Source: Octopus bimaculoides (taxonomy: Eukaryota). Taken from it: DNA of 64,000 nucleotides. The notes beneath the pieces were generated by a model. The model made no database searches. It saw only the letters and a program-made list of their open reading frames with translations, and was not told where the DNA came from. The stretch lies in NCBI RefSeq assembly GCF_001194135.2, contig NC_068989.1, forward strand, positions 37,878,954-37,942,953, read 5' to 3'. A program made the translations under genes and the position numbers. Of this stretch, positions 53,940 through 64,000 are shown piece by piece. Position 1 is the first letter of the stretch, and each line of letters begins with the position of its first letter.

Positions 53940-54570
53940 ATGAGGACAGCTTGTGTATGGATGAGGACAGCTGTGTAAAGTAGTGTCAATCTCTAACAGT
54001 GGAGGGAACCTGTGGTAGTGGTAAATCCAGGAAGATATGGGATGAGGTGGTGAAGCATGATCTTCGAACTTTGTGCCTCAGAGAGGCAATGACTGGTGAC
54101 AGACCTTTGGCAATGTGTTGTGCTTGAGAGGACCCATCAAGCCAAGTGGTCCTATGCTGGTGGCATGTAAAGAAGATCTTTTGAATGTTTGGGCCTCACA
54201 GAGGCAAGGTGGCTGAGTTCCTTTCAAGCATTGGGCTTCATGGCAGCAAAGTGGCTGAGTTCCTTCCAAGCATTGGGCCTCATGGAGGCAGGCTTCACAG
54301 AAGCAATAACCAAGACCTTTGGCATTATGTTGTGCTTGAGAATAAGACCCATCAAGCTGTGCAAAATCACAAAAATTGGCAACCATGCTGGTGGGATGTA
54401 AAAGCACCCATACACTCTCGGAGTGGTTGGCATTAGGAAGGGCACCCAGCCGTAGAAAGCCATGTCAAGTGAGACTGGAGTCTGGTGCAGCTTTCCAGCA
54501 TGCCAACCTAGCCAAACCGCCCAACTCATGCCAGCATGGACAACGAACATTAAATGATGATGATGAGGAG
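53940..54570 (+). mobile_element. RTE LINE 3' end with internal tandem repeats and (GAT)n tail
   Basis: VEGTCGSGKSRKIWDEVVKHDLRTLCLREAMTGDR matches the RTE C-terminus; ends catgccagcatggacaacgaacattaaatgatgatgatga. Confidence 0.85.
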
Positions 54571-56796
54571 GAGGAGGAGGGGGAAGATACTCTTTAAATT
54601 CATACTCCTCTACTAATGTTAGGAATCAGTGTCAGAATATTCAAAAGAACTATATTAGTTGACCTGCTTAAACCTTTTCATACCAATCTACTTGAAACTG
54701 TTTCTGGTTTTAGAATAGAAAACTTCTCAATTTGAAGTATTTGTATTAAAATGAAAACTTTTCAATATTATAATTTTTCTACTATGATACAGACACCACT
54801 ATAATAATCTGAAAGTTGTTTTACTAATTCCCTCTAAATTCTTTACTAGTTTCATAGTTAATCTATATTGTGCTTCATTAGAAATATGCTCATGAAATAA
54901 TCACAATGGTAGACCAATCTCTGTCAAAATTCTTTTCATTTTCATGAAAGTAGAAATAAGCAGCTACAATATCTGAATATTTGTCTACTGTGTTACATCA
55001 AAGATTCTGAAAGAAATAATGATTATAATGTAATATTCAGATTTTTGTGATGATGACAATTTTCTGTTTTTGATTTTAAATCCATCTTTTCCATACGTAA
55101 TTAGATGAGATTGTTGTTGTTGTTTAATCCAATAACTAACAACAATGAAACACACCTGTGATCTCCAAGCCAGAAATACTCTCACAATGAAACAGTTGAG
55201 TAAAACCTGCTTTATGGCAATCAAATTATAACAAGCAGAGTTATGTGTTTGGTCAAATGCTCAATACAGTGGTGGTTGTTGTAAAACTTTTATTGACAAG
55301 TTGTGTGGTCAGTAATCCAGCATTTTAAATTCGAAACCGTTGTATTTGATAACAGGATGCATCTTTTATGAATTGGTGAAATATTCACCAGTTTGGTTTT
55401 TGTATCACTGTGCAGTGCATTTCCTAGAATACAGAATGTTAATCATGTGTCATTATTTCACTTGTTATAATATATAAATGAAATGGAATTAAGGATGAAA
55501 AATGTTAGTATTAAAAGCACAACAACTTATAAAAAATAAAGGAAAAGTAGCAGAAACTGTTATTAAAAATTTAAACATTTTTCTCATAAATTTCAGTTGA
55601 TAATTAACAGGCAATGAACATCATCTGCATTTATAGATTGCTGACATTTTCAGAGAGAGAAATGCTTAAGGATATAAAACCATCACAATGTTTTTATAAT
55701 CCTTAACAACCAAACATAATGCATAGTATTCAAGATAAGAACAATATGATTTTTATTTAAAAAAAATTAAATCTATTTTATTGAATAAAAAAATATAAAA
55801 GCCATCCGAAACATTGTTAATATTTTCAATTTATCATATGTTGCAAATAATGATGAAAATAACGAAGTATACAGGGAATAAAACTAATAGAATTTAATCA
55901 ATAAATTGTAGAGAGGATGCTTTTTTAGATATAGCATTTTAAATCAAAAATAAATTGTCATTAGTGATAAAGATGTTAGATTGTGTCTGTGTGTACACAT
56001 AGAGAATACATAATCACACAGACATAAAGAAATGTGTCTGAATATGTGGACGTGCAGATGTGCAAGTGTATCTGTATATTTCACTGACATATTTAGTGCA
56101 TGCAGTTCAATTAAATAGAGCTATGGCATCAATTGTTCATAGATTCATTTCGATTATTTTAATCAACACTATCCATCAGTGGGTGGGTAACATTATAGCT
56201 TGCTTTGGAACTCTCTCTCTCTCACACACACACTCACTCTTTCTTTCATATTTTTTCTATTTTTGCATATCTGATATTTTACTGGAACTTTGAAGTACCA
56301 TATTAGGATCAGTTAACCTAGAAAATTATGCTACAGCTACAAGTATCTTCTACTCACAGTACTTTCAAAATAAAAGTAGACCTAATGTCAATTAATCCTC
56401 TTATGCCAGCTAGAACAAAAAAATTTCAAACAGATAATTGGTTTAAATTCCTTTTCAAGTTTAGCTAGATAGAAAAATATACTCCTGAAATCTATGGAGG
56501 AAAGAACTCATTCTCCTTCTAATTCTTTGACTGGCTATTTTTCTATTTGTGTGCGTGTGTGTGTGTAACTTTGTGTGTGTGTCTGTATGGATGTGTATAT
56601 ATATCTGTGCTTGTGATTTAAATAGTAATGACAGATTAATTCCCATTTAACAACTATTCTAATGATTATGATCTTTGAGATGTTCATATATCCAAGCTCT
56701 CAACATATACACCGAAACTGCATATACCATTTTCTTTCTTTCCTCCTGAAGTTATTGTCAACCTTTTTCTAAGATATATATATATATATATATATA

Positions 56797-56995
56797 NNNN
56801 NNNNNNNNNNNNNNNNNNNNNNNNNNNNNNNNNNNNNNNNNNNNNNNNNNNNNNNNNNNNNNNNNNNNNNNNNNNNNNNNNNNNNNNNNNNNNNNNNNNN
56901 NNNNNNNNNNNNNNNNNNNNNNNNNNNNNNNNNNNNNNNNNNNNNNNNNNNNNNNNNNNNNNNNNNNNNNNNNNNNNNNNNNNNNNNNNNNNNNN
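56797..56995. other. Assembly gap inside (TA)n
   Basis: Direct reading. Confidence 1.
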
Positions 56996-57039
<44 letters not shown>

Positions 57040-57043
<4 letters not shown>

Positions 57044-57330
57044 TATCATTAACAGCATTTGATATCTGCTTTCCATGCTGGCATAGGCTGGATGGATAGT
57101 CACAGTCTATGTCCATTCTTACTTGGAACCACAGAATTCATAGATTGGTACTCATACATTTCAGTTTGACTTGGCTTCTATGTCTAGGTACCCTCCCTAT
57201 CACCAATCACTTTACAGCATGTATTAGGTGTATTCTTTTGTGGTACCAACACTAAAGGGGTTATTGTGTCCCTGGCTAGACAAGAGTAAAAGATCTTTGT
57301 GTCTTTCTTGCATGTTTGCCAACCACTTTA
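57040..57330 (-). mobile_element. RTE-type 3' UTR fragment
   Basis: ctgctttccatgctggcataggctggatgg...accaatcactttacagc matches the reverse complement of 54400-54560. Confidence 0.55.
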
Positions 57331-59725
57331 CAATGTGTACTAGGAGCAATTTTTTCATGGAATCAGCAAGCCAAGACTAAAAGAAGCTTTCAAGCCTACT
57401 TTTCCTTTCATTTATCAATCCCTTTAGAGGATGTATCAATACAGGAGGGATTACTGTGCACACTATAAATGTAAAGAGTACTTATTCTCTTAAAGTGTGT
57501 ATGTTCACACAAGTTAATGTGACTGAGGAATGGAGTATGGTAACAGAAGAATTTGTAGAATAGGTAGGTGAAATGAGTATGATGTAAGACAGAATTATTG
57601 GGGTAAAGATGCAAGGTGAACAAAATGATGGTCAATAACAGGTGGACATAGCCAAATCTTGTAATCAAACCATTTATTAAGCTGATAACCTCTTGATAAT
57701 GAATGTTAGTGCTATAAGTAAGAAAGTTTTAGGTAGAGCTATGCAAAAGTGATATCACGTCTGTTCCAATGGAGAAACATTCTTGTACTTATAGAATGGT
57801 ATAAGTCTTATCCTCACAAAAATGGCATTAAATACTTCAACAGTTTGATGTTGCGAATTACTATGATTCACTCACAGATCCTATAATTATCAAAGCTCTC
57901 AGCTTTGTACAAATGGCCATCATTATTTCTGATGCATACATCAATATAATTTTACATTGAATAGGAAACACTCGTTTGCTATAATGACTATGCCTGAATG
58001 AATAGACTTTCAAATGATGCCTTCATGTGGGCATAGGGGTTAACAATTCTGCAGAGGTCAAGGAATTCACTGGCTTGTACCTATTGCTCAATTTAAGTTG
58101 TACTTCACTGGTATCGATGGTAAATTATACTGAAATGACAGACAATTGCAATATAATTGTAACCCACAGACCAATGAAAACAAATTGAATTTATTCTTCA
58201 AGAGTCTTTGATTATAATCTCTTTACAAACCAACCTTACTTGCATTAAGTTTCTTGATATTACCATAGGTGTTAGTGTGAAGAAGAGGAAGGTGGTAATG
58301 ACAATGGTGTTGGTTGAGTAGATGGACCCCTTGAAGGAATGGATCAGTCCATCTCTTATGCCAGCATGAGTTGGACAATTTGTTAGGATCCAAGACAGTT
58401 CTTAGTGGAGTTATACAAGTTTATTGTTGAGAAGAGTAAAGACAGTGATAGGGAAATGGGTAATTGGAGGAAAAGGGAAAGTAGTATCAGGAGATTAATA
58501 AGAAAGAGTTGGATAAAACAGTGGAAAATGTTGAGTAGGGGAAGATAAATTCCTTATTTATCATGTGTAAACTTATGGTTTCCCCCTCATTTATTTGTTT
58601 AATACTAATTAACTTAAAGACACTCTTGCATATTCAGAATATTTTTTTGATGCATATTTTCTTATTAATATTAATGATATAGCTATTGACTCAACCTAAG
58701 TTTTAAATCCCTTGGTACATTACCCAACATGTCTTTCATAAACGTACTTTCCTATCTATATTTTCACATTTTCCTATTTTTCTGTTTCTTTCCCCTATTG
58801 TCTCTAAACAAGCCATTATATCTATTTCTCTACAGCTACCTTTCTGCTTCTCTGTCCAATTCATCTTCCCACTCAATCACATTCACTCTTGATTCAATAA
58901 GAGGAACAGTACACAGTTTCACTTCTGTATTTTGCAGTTCATCTTAATGAATCATTATATCTATTTGTCACAGACTTATCCCTCTTTTAACTACAGGTAT
59001 TGGTGCTGACAACGTTGCGTCTCCATTTGATCTACCATCCTATCCTGCTTAGACATATCTTTTCATCCTTGTATCTTCTTGTATCCATACCTTTTTCATC
59101 TACTTTTTCCATTTTCTGCTAAACTTAAGAGAATTATTTTAATTTATTTCATTTTGTATTTTCCCAATGAATCAAGAATATTATTCCTGACACAATTGTT
59201 TAATTGTTTAATAATCATTAACTCAAGAGATTGTTAACAGTTAATTTAAAAACATTATTATTTATTCATTAACTGCAATATTTAAAGAATACTTCCACAT
59301 TTGTTTCAATAATTATTAACTTAAAATATCTTTTATTTATTTAATTATTCATTTATGCATAAAATCTTTTAAAATCTTATCTTTTCACTTCAAAATTTTA
59401 AAGCTCTGATTAAAATTCTTTATTTATGACGTTATGAATTTCTTTTCTTTTTTTCCATATAATCAGGTTACTGTATCTATCTACCACAAATCAGTTATCT
59501 CCTCTTTTTCTGTTCTAAGTCATGATTCAATCTATCCTTTTCATTTATCACTCATATTAGTTTTTTGCTTCTCATACTCCTGCTCTTTTACGTGTAGCAA
59601 CTTGCCATGTTACAGACCCAGCCTATGACAGATCATTACTCCCTATCAGATACAAACCCTGAAACTTACCAATTGTCATGTACAGTTATTGCTATGAAAG
59701 TTACCTCATAGTTACGTATATACAT

Positions 59726-60017
59726 GTTGTTGTTTGTTCCTTCTGAAGCTATCCCTGGCTCATAAGGGCCAGTTTCTCGGTTTCCCCACCTGAACAGGAC
59801 GCCAGTCTGTCACAGATGAGCTGCTAGATGCAGGAGGAAAGAGTGGGAGAAAGTTGTGGTGAAAGAGTCAGCAGAAGTTCGCCATTACCTTCTGCCAGAG
59901 CATCGTGAAGCTTAGGTGTTTCACTCATAGACACACACATCGCCCAGTCTGAGATTTGAACCTGCAATCCCTCGACCACGAGTCCACTGCTCTAACCACT
60001 AGGCCATGTGCCTCCAC
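59726..60017 (-). mobile_element. Near full-length tRNA-derived SINE type D with (AAC)n tail
   Basis: Reverse complement begins gtggaggcacaTGGCCTAGTGGttagagc...GGTTCAAATCtc (Pol III A and B boxes), continues ~200 bp and ends ggaacaaacaacaac. Confidence 0.85.
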
Positions 60018-60088
60018 CATCTATATATATATATATAAGATTATTACACTTTGATATATTCAAGAAAGGGTCTTAGTTCCAATTTTTA

Positions 60089-61321
60089 CAAGGGTGGACT
60101 GAAAAGTCCATAGGCTGACTATAAAGGAGTGATGATAGAGCTGTGAAATATAGCATGCTTTAATTTCATCTCTTCTTATTTATAGCTTTCTTTCCAGGTA
60201 AACTGACATCTGACTGTTCAAAGAAGACTTCAAAAGTAACTAGTAGTGACTTCTTTTGAAAATAAGCAAAATATGACATTGTGGTGTTATCAAGTACCTG
60301 CAGAAAAAGGCTTTAGCCCCCAAGGACATTCATGTTGACATGGTTGCAATATTAGGAGATGATGTTCTAGCTTTGTCAACAATGCAAAAGTGGGCAGCTG
60401 AATTTAGGAAAGGGATGGAGAATCTTGAAGATGACCAAGGTCATCACTGAAGAAAACATTGATTGTGTTCACCACAAGGTGATGGATAACAGGCGATTGA
60501 CTATAAATCGAATAGTCAATGCTATAAGCATATTCTAGTTGAGAATATTCTGCATGATGAACTTAGTATGATGAATGTTTCTGCTCAATGGGTGTCACAT
60601 CTTCTGACCTCTGATGAAAAGAGTACCAAGCTGATAACATCATGGGAAAATTTAACATTGCTTGAGGCAGATTCAGCTGGTTTCCTTGAATGTCTCTTAA
60701 CCCAGGATGAGTGTTGGCTTCATCAGTTTGAGCCAGAGACAAGGAGACAATTTATGCTGTAGAAACACCCCTTCCCATTTGCTCCAAAGAAAGTTAAGGC
60801 CATTTCACATGCAGGGAAGGTAATGACCTTGGTCTTTTGAGATGTAAAGGCATTGTGTTTATTGACTATCTTCAAAAGGGCCACACCATCAATGGAGAGT
60901 ACTATGCCAGCTGATTAAGCAGTCACAAAAGTCTATGACAATCAAATACTCAGGAAAACTGTTGAAAGGTTTCATCAAAACAATGCTCCAGCACACAGAC
61001 CTCAGCTTCAATAACTTTGAACTGTTTGATCACACTCCCTGTTTTCCTGATCTATCTATCTGACTATCATCCATTCTCTAATATGGAAAAACACTTGGCT
61101 GGAGACCAGTATCACAGTGATGAGTAAGTCATATCTGCTGTTGCTGACGACTTTTTTTATCAACAAGATAAAAGCTTCATTACCAATGAGACCCTAGCAT
61201 GGCAACACCGATGGAAATAGTGTGTGAATTGCAAGGAGGACTATGTTGAAAAATAAATCTCATTTGATCACATTCAATGAGAGTGTTTTGGTCAACCAAT
61301 GAACTTTTCAGCCAACCCTCA
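60089..61321 (+). mobile_element. Near full-length mariner element (irritans-like), dead transposase
   Basis: TIRs caagggtggactgaaaagtccataggctgac and (rc) tgagggttggctgaaaagttcattggttgac, TA on both sides; decayed motifs KKGLAPKDIH.DM, SAQWVSHLLT, TQDECWLHQFEPET, HQNNAPAH, PDLS.SDY; many stops and frameshifts. Confidence 0.9.
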
Positions 61322-63461
61322 TACACCTCACGGTATTTTGGTTGTACTTCCAAACCCTCTTAAGATTTCTTCAGTCCTCACTGTTATATTGTTCTCATTT
61401 CATTATCCATATTCTTGTGTTATTTATTCTTCATGTGACATGTCTTGTTTGTTCAACTTGAACCAAAATACATATGTATGGCAGCCCATCTGCCTGCTCA
61501 TCTGTCCACTGACCTAATGACTAAACTCATAACATGTAAACTGACAAAATAACACTTTACAATGTAAGAAAATTAGGTGAAGAAAGAAACTTTAAACGTA
61601 ATTTGTTTATGGCTTAAGACATGTGCTCTTTCTTCATAAAAGGCTCCTATATAATGTAAACCTTTAGGCTAAATCTACTGTGAAGGTAGTCAGAGTATAG
61701 CATATCAGCTGCTTCTTCCAATTCCAACATTACTCCATATCTATTATTTTGGCTTTCTTCCTTGAGTTCTCCTAACTTTTCTTTCTGCTATCAATCAGCC
61801 TTGTCACAGTTTAAGCTCTTGACCATAATCTCTTTTGATGGAAGCTTTGAGCAAATATACTTTCAAACACTGAATTGATGTTCTGTGAATCATAGATCTG
61901 ATGAACTTTTTCCCAGAATGCATTTAATATAGGGCAGACATAACATGGCAGCTTTGTTTGACTCTTATATCTCTGTTCTTCAAAACTGCTACTATGCTTT
62001 CTAGAGTGAGTATCCCCCATAACTAGTGAGTGAAATATCAGTTATTATAATTGAGCTCTCTAAAATTTGCAAACATGGTATGCTACTAAGATCTATAGTC
62101 AGTTGTCAGGGCATGGCATGACATCTATAGAACACAGTTGATCAACCCACTAATTGGTTTAAAAAGTTCTTACTTCATGAATACAATACATACATGCAAA
62201 TATATACATACACACACATACACATACATGTACATGTGTGCGTGTGTGTGTAAGAAAATTGTGTGTAAGAACATAGGATTTCTAACACCAAACATTCTCA
62301 TCTGTAGGATGTTCAAAAGAATGACACTTGAAGTAATGGAATATTTGTTGTAAGGTAGAACCATGATTCAACATAAATGTTTGCTGCATCCCAATATAGA
62401 GATCTTATTCTTTGTTTGTAGCTTCTCAATACATTTGATCTCTCAATTACAGACAACACATTTCTAGTAATACTCTACTCCTGGGTTGAATACTCCCAAC
62501 AAATGAAGATTGTTTGAATATATAACCACATACTTTCCCACACACCTACTTAAAAGTTCTCAAGTTATCTAATCTGTGTTGTGCAGTTCTGGTTTTTATT
62601 TCAAATATGATATATTGCATAGTGGGGGTAATATGATTAGTCATTCAAAAATGTACTTGCCATTGAATTCCTTTGATGATATCTTCCATTTTCCTGTTTT
62701 ATATACATCTTGTTCAGTTGAATAGGCTCATATGTCAGTTAAAATATAATATTATTAATAATTTTATATCACTGTCTACACCAAACTTCAGTAAAAGGTA
62801 CACCTTCTGATCAAATTTCTGCGGCAGCTGAAAACGATGAAAATTCTTTATCCTCACCAAATCAACTAGTTCCTTAAATACAAGATCAGAGTTAATTTCT
62901 AAATGGTACCATGAAATATAATCATTCACTTAAAGCTCAACAGAACCGCTTAGCCATTCTGAACTAATGCAAGTACCTAACATATTAAACCCCAGAGAAT
63001 CCTATCAAGTACACTAGGTTAATCAGTGATATTCAAACAGTATATTTAGATATATTATATTACTATGTATATATTTGTGTGTGCATATGTTAGTACATGT
63101 GTATTAGTATGTGCAAATATACATATACATATATGGGTGACTTAGTATATGTACAAAAATATGCATGTATATATGCAATCTGTGAGTTTATATATTAGTG
63201 CATCCACATACTTGTATTATCATCAGTCCATTATAAATCTAATTTTCATGTGGGCATGGATTGAATGAGATTTTTGATACTGTGCTTCATGGCGGTATGT
63301 ACTTCCTGATGTAAACTTAGCAACTTCTCTTACAATATGCAGAGAATCTAAAATTCTAAAAACCAGGATGTACATGATATATCTACATATACATACGTAC
63401 ATATGTACGTATGTATTTATGTATGTATGTATGTATGTATGTATGGTCCAGCTTTTATCTG

Positions 63462-63545
63462 TCATCTATGCTTCAAACCATGCAGATCTACAGCAGGACT
63501 GAATAGTCATAAGAGGGCATGAATGAAAGGTCAGAAATGCCATTG
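63462..63545 (+). mobile_element. RTE/RTE-X LINE C-terminal zinc-finger-like fragment
   Basis: HLCFKPCRSTAGLNSHKRA resembles the C..C.R.C.S..GL.SH.R terminus of these LINEs. Confidence 0.5.
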
Positions 63546-64000
63546 ACAGTGACAAAAAGACTGCAATCATCTGTGAAGAAGGAGCAATCAGTACTTGTAT
63601 ATTACAGAATTAGACAAATGGCAGATGCTAATCAATTTCTTAGCGTTTAAAATCCAAATGTTGCTGCTGTCAGCTGGTTGACTGGTGGAATTGTTTGATC
63701 ATCAGACAAGATACCCAGTGTCATTTGTTCTGGGTATTTAAGTTTTGAATTCAAGTACCACCACAATCTACTTCAGTGGTAGGCTTAATCTGTTTCACAG
63801 CTTAACATTATTGACTGGTTTTTGGGTACCCTTAATGAAATCTAGTCTACAACCATTCAGACCAGGTCTCCAGTAATGAGGATATCTACCTGCCTCCCCT
63901 CGTCTTGGTGACCCTAAAAAGTATCATATGTACTGCCCTCTGACAAGGCTTTAAAATATATACACATGCACACATGCATGCATGCACATGCACATACATA

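Noticed and set aside
59945-60017. Possible tRNA gene
   Set aside because: A/B boxes are present but continue into a SINE body and (AAC)n tail; no complete cloverleaf or acceptor stem seen
62735-62929. ORF containing ELVDLVRIKNFHRFQLPQKFDQK
   Set aside because: Weak donor, no homology recognised, and no phase-consistent link to other candidates

Overview
AT-rich, microsatellite-laden eukaryotic DNA with six N-gaps. The SINE/LINE repertoire and the density of (CA)n, (TA)n, (CATA)n and (CAT)n resemble an octopod cephalopod genome (inference, no database search). The window is dominated by decayed mobile elements: at least three SINE types in many copies; RTE, CR1 and RLE-type LINE fragments; a Gypsy pol relic; a hAT relic; and three different Tc1/mariner elements (a DD37D maT-type with both TIRs, a DD34D fragment, and a near full-length irritans-like copy with both TIRs). 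A truncated histone H4 pseudogene lies at 13.4 kb. No intact, recognisable protein-coding gene, RNA gene or CRISPR array is present, and most ORF-track entries are microsatellite or repeat artefacts. I could not support a new multi-gene biological system here. The best leads are a hypothetical three-exon minus-strand model at 47.8-48.8 kb with a CaMK-like calmodulin-binding segment, a 165-codon one-stop ORF relic at 46.4-46.9 kb, and a CCAAT box inside an inverted repeat at 39.5 kb. Repeat boundaries are approximate unless TIRs are quoted.
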